The notes below the pieces were generated by a model, which had not been told where the DNA came from, did no database searches, and saw only the letters and a program-made list of their open reading frames with translations. 64,000 nt of DNA from an uncultured Bacteroidales bacterium (GTDB taxonomy: Bacteria > Bacteroidota > Bacteroidia > Bacteroidales > UBA1715), in assembly GCA_937892155.1 (NCBI GenBank), contig CALAUG010000022.1:5498-69497 (forward strand), in the 5' to 3' direction. Within the stretch, counting starts at the first letter, position 1, and the number at the start of each line of letters is the position of its first letter. This document shows, in pieces, positions 1-9,301 of the stretch. The translations under genes were made by a program, and so were the position numbers.

Positions 1-908
1 GCATCGTTCACTTGATACCAAAGTGATGCTTGCGAAGTTAATTTGTTATGTCGGAAATGAAGAGTTTGAATTGTTCCATATTTTTGAAAATCAGCATTTT
101 GTCGCTTGAGATTTTCTAAACGAATGTAGTCGTAGTAATCAAAATCGCCATCGGATTGCGTGTAGAAAAAGGACCCTTGATAGTTGATTTTTCTATGAGC
201 AATAACACTATAGTGAACATTCGATTTAAACGTGTTGTAACTTCCATACGAAAGGTTTGCGTCGGCGTTCGCAATTATTTTTCTTTTGCCGTAATTGTCC
301 CAACCGTACCATTCAGGTTTGCTGTTACACGAAATGGAGCCACCAAACGTTCCACTTCCGTTTGAAGTTGCCGATGCTGTTCGGTTTATCTCAATTGTGT
401 TGAAACCACTAACTGGGATTATTGATAAATTGTTGTCGCCAGCCGAAATGGAATTGAGCGGAATGCCTTCCCACAATAATTGCGTACGGGAACTGCCTGC
501 ACCACGAAGCGAAACGGAACTTGCCATTCCTTCGGTGCCATAGTTTTTTATCGTAAGATTTGCCTGATGCGACAGTAAATCGCCAAGTGTGTTGTAGGTA
601 ATAGGTTGTTTTTCTAAAGAAATGACTTCGCGGTTTTCTCCGCTATGAAAGTCGTCTATGTCTATTGGAGGATAAACGATAATCATAGGAATGTCTTGAG
701 TCATATCTCTGCCACGAATCACAATATCCATTCCTTCGCCTTCGGGAGAGGAAACTTGTGATAGTAATGCTTGGTCAATAGATAATATAGGTGCTTTCGA
801 GGTGTCTTGGTTTTTGTAACCAATTTTTATTGGCACAGTATCATTTTGTCCAAACAGCGAAACTGTAAGGAATAAGAACGACAATATGTAAAGCCAGGAC
901 TTATTCAT
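1..908 (-). CDS. TonB-dependent outer-membrane receptor, BtuB-like (N-terminal ~302 codons; 3' end lies beyond window start)
   Basis: Absent from the ORF track because it runs off the window. Manual reverse-strand translation from ATG (906-908) gives MNKSWLYILSFLFLTVSLFGQ (signal peptide), then plug-domain motif GMASSVSLRGAGSSRTQLLWEGIPLNS, and stays open to position 1. ATGA start/stop overlap with the upstream ORF at 905-908. Lies downstream of a cobalamin riboswitch. Confidence 0.85.
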   Translation of the reverse strand, partial: MNKSWLYILSFLFLTVSLFGQNDTVPIKIGYKNQDTSKAPILSIDQALLSQVSSPEGEGMDIVIRGRDMTQDIPMIIVYPPIDIDDFHSGENREVISLEKQPITYNTLGDLLSHQANLTIKNYGTEGMASSVSLRGAGSSRTQLLWEGIPLNSISAGDNNLSIIPVSGFNTIEINRTASATSNGSGTFGGSISCNSKPEWYGWDNYGKRKIIANADANLSYGSYNTFKSNVHYSVIAHRKINYQGSFFYTQSDGDFDYYDYIRLENLKRQNADFQKYGTIQTLHFRHNKLTSQASLWYQVND

Positions 909-1744
909 TGATATTTAATCCTGCGGTAATATTCTTTCATTATTTCGATAGATTGTAATGGTGAAGTTGAAAATACGTTTTTCCCATTTTCAATAATTTT
1001 CCCCATAACTTCCTGATTTCCCATAATTCCTTTTGTGTACAAATTGAAATCAATAGGATTTGGTTCCAAAAACCATTTTTCAATATTCATAGTTACTGTT
1101 ACGTTGTAAGTGGTAGTCTTTTTATGCCATTGTTTTGGCGATAAATTGTGGAAATTAGTCGTTGGAGCAACGGGTAGAGTCATCGAAAAATCGTTGTCAA
1201 TAAACGTGTCGCCAACAACGCCACGTCCTAAATGGCAATTAAAAAGCGAAACGGAATCTTGCTTGTCAATGAATTTTATGTTCAGTTTCATAGAATGATA
1301 ACCGCCACCAAGTACTTCTGGCCAATACATTCGTGCCATTTCAGGATCTTCGAGACTATACGATTTGTTCAATTCTTTTGGAATTCCAAAGGTGAAGCGA
1401 ATGGAATCAACCATAGGTTTCTTTGTTTTTATCGGAAACGAGAAGTCTTGTGCCACGTGTTTGTCATCCCAATAGAAAGGAGATTCCGTATATTCCTTAT
1501 CTTCTTTGATTTGAGTTGCGTTTGAAATCCATTTTCCATTTACTCGAATTTCGATATTCGATATGAAAAATTGCACATCGTTAATTTGATATTTTGTTCC
1601 AAACGCATTTGTGTAGATGAATTCTGTGGTATATAGATAGAAGCCTTCGCATTTTAATTCAAAATCAACCAAAATGTGTTTTTGTGCAAACGATGCAGTC
1701 GTAAGCGAAAGAATGCAGAGTAGGGTATAAAATAGTTTCTTCAT
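905..1744 (-). CDS. Secreted protein of unknown function, first gene of the riboswitch-controlled operon
   Basis: 279-aa ORF with ATG at 1742-1744 and signal peptide MKKLFYTLLCILSLTTASFAQ. Its stop overlaps the receptor start. By eye the segments YTNAFGTKYQINDVQFFISNIEI and MYWPEVLGGGYHSMKL recall MbnP-type periplasmic metal-binding proteins; this is a weak recollection, not verified. Confidence 0.7.
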   Translation of the reverse strand: MKKLFYTLLCILSLTTASFAQKHILVDFELKCEGFYLYTTEFIYTNAFGTKYQINDVQFFISNIEIRVNGKWISNATQIKEDKEYTESPFYWDDKHVAQDFSFPIKTKKPMVDSIRFTFGIPKELNKSYSLEDPEMARMYWPEVLGGGYHSMKLNIKFIDKQDSVSLFNCHLGRGVVGDTFIDNDFSMTLPVAPTTNFHNLSPKQWHKKTTTYNVTVTMNIEKWFLEPNPIDFNLYTKGIMGNQEVMGKIIENGKNVFSTSPLQSIEIMKEYYRRIKYQ

Positions 1745-1850
1745 ATTGTATTACAAAATGATTTTCACGCTCATTTAATAATTCTAATGTCAAATTTCAT
1801 TAGACGAAAACAACTGATTTCTGACATCTGAAAACTGACATCTCAAAATT

Positions 1851-2016
1851 GGCAGGTATTCTGACTCATTCCATTCTTTGCTATCTTCCCATTCCGAAGA
1901 ACAGTGATAATTGAGACTGTGCAAAGAATTTAACGGAATTTACAGCTGCGGAAACAGTTCGGGCGTTTCACCCGATTCCCTTTTCACCGCACGTTTAACA
2001 AAACGTGGCAGCACCA
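1851..2016 (-). promoter_or_regulatory. Cobalamin (B12) riboswitch
   Basis: The reverse complement reads GGTGCTGCCACG...GCGGTGAAAAGGGAATCGGGTGAAACGCCCGAACTGTTTCCGCAGCTGTAA...ATCACTGTTCTTCGGAATGGGAAGA...AGTCAGAATACCTGCC. These match the conserved GGUGAAAAGGGAA / GGUGAAA / CCGCAxCUGUAA core and the B12 box (consensus AGCCAGGAGACCUGCC). It sits between a TAnnTTTG box and the ATG at 1744. Confidence 0.85.
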
Positions 2017-2027
2017 ATTCTCTACGA

Positions 2028-2035
2028 CAAAGATA
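2028..2035 (-). promoter_or_regulatory. Bacteroidota -7 promoter box (TATCTTTG) for the riboswitch operon
   Basis: Plus strand caaagata is TATCTTTG on the minus strand and matches TAnnTTTG. It lies about 12 nt upstream of the riboswitch 5' end. Confidence 0.4.
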
Positions 2036-2167
2036 CATACAATTCGGAATTACGAATTATGAATGAGAATTTTTTTCGAGTTTGTAGTTTTCTGGTTTAC
2101 TTTTTAGTTTTGATTCTTATTTCCAAAAATTTGATATTAGACAATCGAAAAAACGGCAACTTTATTT

Positions 2168-2175
2168 TATATTTG
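2168..2175 (+). promoter_or_regulatory. Bacteroidota -7 promoter box (TATATTTG)
   Basis: Matches TAnnTTTG, 17 nt upstream of the ATG at 2192. Confidence 0.35.
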
Positions 2176-2191
2176 AAAAAACGACTTAGAT

Positions 2192-2665
2192 ATGAAAAAA
2201 CTATTGATAAATCTTTCTGTTGTAGCACTTTGCTCCTTGTTTTTTGCTGCTTGCGACGAATATGTTGCATACGAAAAAACGTATGATTTGGAACACGATA
2301 TGATGCTTGCAACGAATCCTTTGGTGTACGAATTTGAAAATGGAACCGACACATTTCAACTATACGATGTGTCGTTACAGTTTACATTAACCCCAGATTT
2401 TGCTCTTGCACAAATTCCGATAGAACTTGGGTATGGCTCATCGAAGGGAAAAATGGCTATACCAATGGCAATTCCTGTATACGACAAGAATAAGAATTTT
2501 TTAGGTGAAGTTCGGGAAGATGAATCCATTGTGCTGAAACAAACTATTTTGTATGAGAATAGAATGGCGGAGGGAAAAAATATTTTCACAATTACGCCTG
2601 GTACGTATAATGATACAATACAAGGATTATCGTCTGTTATGGTGAAAATAGAAAAAGCTAATTAA
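2192..2665 (+). CDS. Small lipoprotein, possibly GldH-like
   Basis: 157 aa with lipobox LFFAAC-D. Size and layout (CD...Y, central hydrophobic block, C-terminal G..S.V.VKIEK) resemble gliding-motility lipoprotein GldH, but similarity was judged by eye only. This is the only plus-strand gene in the first 28 kb. Confidence 0.4.
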   Translation: MKKLLINLSVVALCSLFFAACDEYVAYEKTYDLEHDMMLATNPLVYEFENGTDTFQLYDVSLQFTLTPDFALAQIPIELGYGSSKGKMAIPMAIPVYDKNKNFLGEVREDESIVLKQTILYENRMAEGKNIFTITPGTYNDTIQGLSSVMVKIEKAN

Positions 2666-3519
2666 GCAATAACAATACTCACAATGGTACAGATGGCAAA
2701 TACCATACTTGCGACGCTGTTTACCATTGTAAACGTAAGGTTTACTTTCGAAATATCTTTTGGCGAGACTGTTGCGTGCTGAAAAATCAGGCAGCCGACA
2801 AAAAGTACCGTTCCAATCCAATACCAAAGTTGCAACTTCCCGTAGATACCTGCAAAAATGACAAATGCTATTGTCAATATGTGTATTGCTATGGAAATTT
2901 TCAATGATTTTGTTCTTCCGAAGTGTTCTGGAATACTATGAAGATGTTCGCTTCTGTCGAAATCTTCGTCTTGTAGAGCATAAATAATGTCAAATCCGGT
3001 CATCCACGTGAGAATGATGAACGAAAATATAATCGGTAGCACTGCAAATTCGCCGGCAACTGCAAGATATGCCCCAATTGGTACCAATGCTTGTCCTATA
3101 CCCAGAACGACGTGGCAGAGCGATGTAAATCGTTTTGTGTACGAATAAAACAATACTACTGCCAAAGCGATGGGTGAGAGGTAAAAACAAAGATTATTAA
3201 TGAAATATGTGGTACCGACAAAAAGTACCGACATAATGATGACAAAGAGTAGTGCTGCTTTTGACGAGATGATTCCTGCTGGAATTTCACGTTTTGCAGT
3301 ACGTTCGTTTTTCTTGTCGAATTGCGAATCAACAAGACGATTAAATCCCATAGCAGCAGAACGGCAGAAAACCATACAGAGCAATACGCAGATGAGTAAT
3401 TTCCATTCAAATGGATAGTGGTCGTGCCAGACGGCTAACGAGAATCCAATGGCAGCAAATGGTAAAGCAAAAATGGTATGCGAAAATTTTACGAACGAAA
3501 AATATTTTTGTATTCCCAT
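2662..3519 (-). CDS. UbiA-family polyprenyltransferase (4-hydroxybenzoate polyprenyltransferase-like)
   Basis: 285 aa, polytopic membrane protein. First Asp-rich motif is NRLVDSQFDKKNERTAKREIPAG and the second is YALQDEDFD. Confidence 0.8.
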   Translation of the reverse strand: MGIQKYFSFVKFSHTIFALPFAAIGFSLAVWHDHYPFEWKLLICVLLCMVFCRSAAMGFNRLVDSQFDKKNERTAKREIPAGIISSKAALLFVIIMSVLFVGTTYFINNLCFYLSPIALAVVLFYSYTKRFTSLCHVVLGIGQALVPIGAYLAVAGEFAVLPIIFSFIILTWMTGFDIIYALQDEDFDRSEHLHSIPEHFGRTKSLKISIAIHILTIAFVIFAGIYGKLQLWYWIGTVLFVGCLIFQHATVSPKDISKVNLTFTMVNSVASMVFAICTIVSIVIA

Positions 3520-3522
3520 AGC

Positions 3523-4518
3523 CTATTGTTCTACTGGTTTGTCAAATGTGATTGAACGGCTGATTGCTTGTAATTGGCGCATAAAATTCCGTTTTTCCTT
3601 ATTTGGATAATACACATATCCCTCTATTGTGATTAGATTTTTCTTGTCAGGTGTGCAGAACGTGTAGCTTGTAAATGGTCCCGCCATAAAATCATTCTCA
3701 ACACGCCATTTCCCTCGAAGTTCAATGGTATATCCTTCGTTAATAAATTTACCGACAGTGTATTGTGTTGGCAAAATGTATTCCGTTGTCATATAACTTC
3801 CGTCAGATGGACCAGGAATTTCCTTTTTTGCAATAGAATCACGGTAGTTAAGTAGATATTGTTTCCCGAATTGTGCAGTGTCTGTATATGGACGTTCGTA
3901 TATTAGGATTCCTTGGCTATGTACTTTTGATTCTAACGAAATCCACATGAAATTTTCATCCGTTTTGTTGAGGTTGAAACCATTTGGAATGGAAATGTTG
4001 ATGTCGAATTTTTCTTTGACATTTTTTTCCAACGCTTGGTTATGATTGTTCGCTTGTTTGTAAAGTTGTTGGTAGCGTTCAATTTCGGCTTGAATAAAAT
4101 ACTCAATAATATTGTCGTGTTTTTTCTCCAGCGCAAGCACTAAATCTTGAGGATTGGCAGCTCCAATACCGACATACGCCTGATGTTGTGCCCACAAATC
4201 TTTTCTATATTGAATTTGTGGTTTTTCATATTTTTTATCAATTTCTACGAAAAGGATGTTGCGGTAGGAACGGAATGTACTTGAAAAATTATTTTTACTG
4301 ATAAGAATTGTCTCAAACGGTGATTCAGACTGTGTTAGACCAATTTCTTCTTCGTTCAGAATTTCTATTACTTTTTCTCCAGTTTCGGAATTCTTATATT
4401 CGTCATTAATCACAACGAGCATTTCTCCCGGTTCTCCTGTCATTGTTGAACCGCCAAATCCACCATCGCACGAGGCAAGGAAGAATAAACCAAAAAGAAT
4501 GTAAAGGTAGTGTTTCAT
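3523..4518 (-). CDS. Lipoprotein, DUF4837-like
   Basis: 331 aa with lipobox FFLASC-DG. The segment GEPGEMLVVINDE...SESPFETI...RSYRNILFVEI resembles the Bacteroidota DUF4837 family (recollection only). Confidence 0.5.
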   Translation of the reverse strand: MKHYLYILFGLFFLASCDGGFGGSTMTGEPGEMLVVINDEYKNSETGEKVIEILNEEEIGLTQSESPFETILISKNNFSSTFRSYRNILFVEIDKKYEKPQIQYRKDLWAQHQAYVGIGAANPQDLVLALEKKHDNIIEYFIQAEIERYQQLYKQANNHNQALEKNVKEKFDINISIPNGFNLNKTDENFMWISLESKVHSQGILIYERPYTDTAQFGKQYLLNYRDSIAKKEIPGPSDGSYMTTEYILPTQYTVGKFINEGYTIELRGKWRVENDFMAGPFTSYTFCTPDKKNLITIEGYVYYPNKEKRNFMRQLQAISRSITFDKPVEQ

Positions 4519-4529
4519 AATAGTAGGTT

Positions 4530-7139
4530 CTATCCAAGTATTTTTTTGATTTCGTTTAGTTTGTTCAGTGCTTCTATAGGGGTGAGATTATTAATCTCTA
4601 TATTGATGAGTTCGTCTCTAATTTGTTCAAGTACAGGATCGTCAAGTTGGAAAATGCTTAATTGGTAGCCACTACGAGTTTGTGCAATTCCCTTAACTGG
4701 TTTTGACAACGCTTGTGCATTGTTACTGGTACCTTCCAGCTCTTTCAATATTTCATTTGCGCGGTTCACGACGTCTTTTGGCATACCTGCCATTTTTGCC
4801 ACGTGAATACCAAAACTATGTTCGCTGCCGCCGGGTACAAGTTTACGAAGGAAAATAACTTTTTGATTTTGCTCTTTTACCGACACATTGAAATTTCGAA
4901 CCCGTTTAAAGGATTTTTCTATTTCGTTCAGTTCGTGATAGTGTGTTGCAAACAATGTTTTAGGTTTCGCAAACGGACATTCGTGAAGATATTCAACAAT
5001 AGCCCAGGCAATTGAGATACCGTCGTATGTGCTTGTCCCTCGTCCTAATTCGTCAAACAGAATGAGGCTTCTGTCGGACATGTTATTCAGAATGTTTGCT
5101 GCTTCATTCATTTCAACCATAAATGTTGACTCGCCTTGCGAAATGTTGTCGGAAGCGCCTACTCGGGTGAACACTTTGTCAACTATGCCCATCGTGACTT
5201 CGTCGGCAGGGACAAAACAACCCATTTGTGCCATTAAAACAATGAGTGCCGTTTGTCGTAATAAGGCAGACTTACCAGCCATGTTCGGACCAGTGATGAT
5301 GATGATTTGTTGTTTGTCATTATCAAGATGTACGTCGTTGCCGATATATTTTTCACCAAGTGGTAGTTCGGTTTCAATTACGGGATGTCTGCCATTTTTA
5401 ATGTCCAATACTTTTGAATCATCAATAGACGGTCGTACATAGTTGTTGGTGGTGGAAACAACAGCGAACGAAAATAAACAGTCAATTTGAGCAATGATGC
5501 TCGCATTGAGTTGAATAGTTTCAATATATTGGGCAACATTTTGTACTAATGCAGTATATAGTTCTTGTTCAATCTCTACAATACGTGATTCTGCACCCAA
5601 AATTTTATCTTCGTATTCTTTCAGTTCGTTTGTAATATATCGTTCAGCACCAACAAGCGTTTGTTTGCGGATCCAGTCTTCCGGAACTTTTTCTTTATGT
5701 GTGTTTCTAACTTCAATATAGTAACCGAATACATTGTTGAAAGCAATTTTAATCTTTGGAATGCCCGTACGTTGTTCCTCACGTTCTTGCATCTTGAGTA
5801 GATAATCCTTGCTGTTGTATGCAATCTCGCGAAGATTGTCCAATTCTGCATTGACTCCGTTATTGATTATGTTTCCTTTGTTGGTCGCATTGGGTGCATC
5901 AACTTGAATCTCTCTTACGATGCGCTCCCGTAAAACGTCGCAGGAGTTAAGCTGGTTCGCAAACGACTGCAATGTTGAATTTGCCGTTTGATTGCATAAT
6001 TCTTTAAGGGGAACAATACTTCCAAGAGTCCTTTGTAGCTGCAATAATTCACGTGGGGTAATTCTGTTTGTCGCAACTCGCGCAATGATGCGTTCTAGGT
6101 CGCACATAGATTTGAGTAGTACGCCCAGCTCGTCAATAAGGTCGGGTTGTTCAACAAATGATTGAACAACATTTAGACGTGATTCAATATCTGCGATTTT
6201 TCGTAATGGAAGTGCTATCCAGCGTTTTAATAGGCGCGCTCCCATTGGCGTACGGGTGTTGTCCAATACGGAATGAAGTGATTTCGCTCCATTGTGCTCG
6301 GAGCCGAACATTTCCAGATTACGAACCGTGAATTTGTCAAGCCATACGTATGTCTCCTGATCAATTCTTGCAATGTTTCTAATGTGACTTGTAAGCTTAT
6401 GTTCGGTAATATCGAGATAGTGTAGAATGGCACCTGCTGCAATAATTGCCTGTGGCATTTCGTGTATACCGAAACCTTTGAGTGATGTCGTCTCAAATTG
6501 AGCAAGCAATTTATCCTGTGCTGCTTCGATAGTGAAAATCCAATCGTCTAATTTATTGGTACAGATTCCGTCTTTGTAGAACTGTTCTTTGAATTCCTGT
6601 TCCTGGGTACGATTGTATAGAATTTCTTTTGGATGAAAACTATTGAGTAGTTTCTCAGCGTAATCAAAGGAACCTTCCGATACTAAAAATTCACCAGTGG
6701 AAATGTCTAGAAATGCAATTCCGACGGTGGAACGGTAAATGCTAATTGCCGCAAGGAAATTATTCTCTCTATTCTCCAATATGCTTTCGCTTAGAGAAAC
6801 GCCTGGGGTAACCAATTCGGTAATACCGCGTTTTACTAATGTTTTTGTTTTTGACGGATCCTCTAATTGTTCGCAAATGGCAACACGTTGTCCTGCACGG
6901 ATGAGTTTTGGCAAATAGGTATCAATTGCGTGATAGGGAAATCCTGCCATTTCCGTCTCGTTTGGCGTGCCGGCAGAACGTCTTGTGAGGGTAATACCCA
7001 AAATCTGTGATGCTTTGACGGCATCACTTGCATAAGTTTCATAAAAATCACCACAACGAAAAAGCAAAATAGCATCAGGATGTTTTTCCTTCATCTGATA
7101 ATATTGCTTCATCATTGGAGTTTCTGCCGTCTTTGCCAC
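4530..7139 (-). CDS. mutS: DNA mismatch repair protein MutS
   Basis: 869 aa. Contains [26 protein letters not shown], Walker A GPNMAGKS and the full MutS domain order. The track start at 7139 is GTG; the first ATG is at 7113-7115 (MMKQY). Confidence 0.97.
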   Translation of the reverse strand: MAKTAETPMMKQYYQMKEKHPDAILLFRCGDFYETYASDAVKASQILGITLTRRSAGTPNETEMAGFPYHAIDTYLPKLIRAGQRVAICEQLEDPSKTKTLVKRGITELVTPGVSLSESILENRENNFLAAISIYRSTVGIAFLDISTGEFLVSEGSFDYAEKLLNSFHPKEILYNRTQEQEFKEQFYKDGICTNKLDDWIFTIEAAQDKLLAQFETTSLKGFGIHEMPQAIIAAGAILHYLDITEHKLTSHIRNIARIDQETYVWLDKFTVRNLEMFGSEHNGAKSLHSVLDNTRTPMGARLLKRWIALPLRKIADIESRLNVVQSFVEQPDLIDELGVLLKSMCDLERIIARVATNRITPRELLQLQRTLGSIVPLKELCNQTANSTLQSFANQLNSCDVLRERIVREIQVDAPNATNKGNIINNGVNAELDNLREIAYNSKDYLLKMQEREEQRTGIPKIKIAFNNVFGYYIEVRNTHKEKVPEDWIRKQTLVGAERYITNELKEYEDKILGAESRIVEIEQELYTALVQNVAQYIETIQLNASIIAQIDCLFSFAVVSTTNNYVRPSIDDSKVLDIKNGRHPVIETELPLGEKYIGNDVHLDNDKQQIIIITGPNMAGKSALLRQTALIVLMAQMGCFVPADEVTMGIVDKVFTRVGASDNISQGESTFMVEMNEAANILNNMSDRSLILFDELGRGTSTYDGISIAWAIVEYLHECPFAKPKTLFATHYHELNEIEKSFKRVRNFNVSVKEQNQKVIFLRKLVPGGSEHSFGIHVAKMAGMPKDVVNRANEILKELEGTSNNAQALSKPVKGIAQTRSGYQLSIFQLDDPVLEQIRDELINIEINNLTPIEALNKLNEIKKILG

Positions 7140-7161
7140 TATATCATATTTTTCACATTGT

Positions 7162-7169
7162 CAAATGTA
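7162..7169 (-). promoter_or_regulatory. Bacteroidota -7 promoter box (TACATTTG) upstream of mutS
   Basis: Plus strand caaatgta matches TAnnTTTG on the minus strand. It is part of a 15-nt block (7158-7172) identical to the block upstream of nadC. Confidence 0.4.
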
Positions 7170-7288
7170 CAATATTCACCTTGGATACTACAGAGAGCAG
7201 TATCCTTTGCGTAAACATTTTTTCAACAAGGTTGCCGATTTTCAGTACTCAGTATTCTAATTCAATATATGAAGCTGATTACCGAAAT

Positions 7289-8044
7289 TTATTTTTTGCT
7301 CTTCTTTGCTTTTTTGCTTGCTTTATCGTCATTCGTTGCATTATCATCAACTGTTGGCGTTTCTGTATCTTTTATAACGTCAATAAGCTGAATTTCAAAT
7401 ATCAACGTTGAACAAGGTGGAATGACTTCCATATCCTGCATGCCATAACCGAGTTCTGACGGAATGAATGCAATATAGGTAGAACCAACTGTCATTAGTT
7501 GAAGAATTTGAGAAAATCCAGGAATAACAGCTTGTACAGGGAATATTACAGGCTCATTCCGTTCTAATGAGGAATCAAAGACCTTCCCATCAATAAGGCT
7601 GCCTTTATAGTGTACTTTTACTTGATCATTTTCGGTTGGTTTTACGTCGCTTTTTCCTTTTGTTACGACCTTATATTGCAAACCGTTTTCTAATGTGACA
7701 ACATCTTTGTTGTTTTTGTTTGCTTGTAGGAAGTCTGAGTTTTCTAGGCATTTTTCCTGCATTTTAGCTTCTTCAGCCTGTTGTTTTTTTCCAAAATAAT
7801 TTTTGAGTATTTCTTCTGTTTGGTCAGATGTAAACAATGCTTTGTCGTTGTTTGAAATTGCGTCGTTGAATCCTTGTGCAAACGATGCAATTGGTAAATC
7901 CATTGACTTTAATTCATTTGCAAATACTGTTGCTTGTAGTATTCCTATTACGTACGCAACGCTGTCATTTTCAGTTGCTAATTTCTGTGCGAAAAGATTG
8001 CTTGCTACAAACAAACTTATCGCTATGCTCATAATTCTTTTCAT
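7289..8044 (-). CDS. FKBP-type peptidyl-prolyl cis-trans isomerase (Mip/FklB-like) with Lys-rich C-terminal tail
   Basis: 251 aa with a signal peptide. FKBP core is VKVHYKGSLIDGKVFDSS...IPGFSQILQLMTVGS...IPSELGYG. The tail is DDKASKKAKKSKK. Confidence 0.9.
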   Translation of the reverse strand: MKRIMSIAISLFVASNLFAQKLATENDSVAYVIGILQATVFANELKSMDLPIASFAQGFNDAISNNDKALFTSDQTEEILKNYFGKKQQAEEAKMQEKCLENSDFLQANKNNKDVVTLENGLQYKVVTKGKSDVKPTENDQVKVHYKGSLIDGKVFDSSLERNEPVIFPVQAVIPGFSQILQLMTVGSTYIAFIPSELGYGMQDMEVIPPCSTLIFEIQLIDVIKDTETPTVDDNATNDDKASKKAKKSKK

Positions 8045-8093
8045 ATAATTTAAAGTTTTCAGTTGCTATTATAGTAATTTATCTTTACAATTC

Positions 8094-8900
8094 TTAATTG
8101 ATTTGTCCGAACCAAATGGTTGGAATGTTTTTCGGTATGTCTATTTCATGGTCGAAAATACCATATACCGTTGCTCCGCTGCCACTCATTGCGGCGTATA
8201 TAGCCCCCAGTTTATAGCAAGTTTCTTTTAACGATTGAATTTCCGGATGATTTGGGAAAATGGATGCCTCAAAATCATTTTCAACAATTCCTTTCCAATC
8301 TGAAATATTTGTAGGTATGGATTCAAGCAGATTTTCTTCTCTTTTGCATGGCTTTACTCCGCTGTACGCTTCTCTTGTGCTGATTGCGACATCGGGTTTT
8401 GCCAATAGAATCCAGTATTTTTTTAGAGATAGCTTGATAGGTGTGAATTGTTCTCCTCTGCCCTCGGCAAATACAGGAGTATTTTCGATGAAAAATGGAC
8501 AATCGCTTCCAATTTCCAAAGCCATTTTCTCTAAATCCTCGTTTGTCGCGCCAACAGAGAAGTAAGTGTTTATTGCACTTAACAGAAATGCGGCATCGGC
8601 GGAACCGCCACCTAAACCTCCACCAAACGGAATGGTTTTTAGGAGAATTATATGGAGTGGTGGTATGTCGTAGTGTGATTTAAAAATGTTCCAGGCTTTT
8701 ACGCACAGATTTTTTTCTATAGGCGCGTCAATTTGAATGCCGACGTTTTCAAATGTCAATTTTGGAGCTTCAAAGATTTCGAGACTGTCGTACAGACCAT
8801 GAATTGGGTAGAATACCGTTTCAATGTTATGATATCCGTCTGGGCGTTTCTCAATAATTCGTAGCCCAATATTTATTTTAGCATTGGGAAAACAAATCAT
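8094..8900 (-). CDS. ispE: 4-(cytidine 5'-diphospho)-2-C-methyl-D-erythritol kinase
   Basis: 268 aa. Contains AKINIGLRIIEKRPDGYH and the GHMP motif IPFGGGLGGGSADAA. Its ATG overlaps the dnaX tau-frame stop (ATGA at 8897-8900). Confidence 0.93.
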   Translation of the reverse strand: MICFPNAKINIGLRIIEKRPDGYHNIETVFYPIHGLYDSLEIFEAPKLTFENVGIQIDAPIEKNLCVKAWNIFKSHYDIPPLHIILLKTIPFGGGLGGGSADAAFLLSAINTYFSVGATNEDLEKMALEIGSDCPFFIENTPVFAEGRGEQFTPIKLSLKKYWILLAKPDVAISTREAYSGVKPCKREENLLESIPTNISDWKGIVENDFEASIFPNHPEIQSLKETCYKLGAIYAAMSGSGATVYGIFDHEIDIPKNIPTIWFGQIN

Positions 8901-9301
8901 ATATCTGTCGTAAGGTCGAATTTGTTTTTTAGGGTATTTAACATGTTGTTCTCTTTTGCAAGTTCGTTGAATCGTTCGGCGTTTGTCGTAGGAATCAATT
9001 TGTTTGTTCGTGGTTGATCAGAAACTTTTGCTGGCTCTGGTGTTTTTACAGGCTCAACTTTTATTTCTTGCTTAGTAGTTTTTGCTACTTGTGGTGAGGC
9101 AATAGCTCCAGAAAGAATACTATTCATCATATTTGTTTGTGGAGTAGATTGTCTCGTAACCGTAGGATGCGAAAATTGTTGATTTGCAACAACTTGTTTT
9201 GTCGTTTGTTGAGGTTGCGTTTTTTGCGCAACAGAGTTCTGAATAGTCTGCTGTGGTTTTTGCTGTGTAGATTGTTTGTTTTCTACATCAGTTTTTTTTT
9301 T
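8897..9301 (-). CDS. dnaX: Tau-specific C-terminal extension of DnaX, open only in the -1 frame relative to 9283-10389
   Basis: Manual translation from the A10 tract in the -1 frame gives KKKTDVENKQSTQQKPQQTIQNSVAQKTQPQQTTKQVVANQQFSHPTVTRQSTPQTNMMNSILSG...FDLTTDI. This is 131 codons of Q/P/T-rich linker plus a C-terminal domain. The track lists only its last 77 aa (8897-9130). Confidence 0.7.
   Translation of the reverse strand, partial: KKKTDVENKQSTQQKPQQTIQNSVAQKTQPQQTTKQVVANQQFSHPTVTRQSTPQTNMMNSILSGAIASPQVAKTTKQEIKVEPVKTPEPAKVSDQPRTNKLIPTTNAERFNELAKENNMLNTLKNKFDLTTDI

Noticed and set aside
1828-1840. Exact 13-mer CTGAAAACTGACA shared with 46854-46866, considered as a specific regulatory site.
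   Set aside because: Tens of 13-mer coincidences are expected by chance in 64 kb on both strands, so the match alone is not significant. It is retained only as part of the heptamer-periodicity observation.
7183-7205. 7-bp stem hairpin ggatact-N9-agtatcc between FKBP and mutS, considered as a terminator.
   Set aside because: On the transcribed (minus) strand it is not followed by a U tract; the T-rich flank is on the non-coding strand. The function cannot be supported, and read-through into mutS is equally plausible.
8897-9130. 77-aa ORF listed in the track as a separate gene between ispE and dnaX.
   Set aside because: Its frame stays open upstream of its first ATG all the way to the A10 tract at 9292-9301, and it encodes a tau-type linker and C-terminus. 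It is treated as the distal part of dnaX, not as an independent gene.
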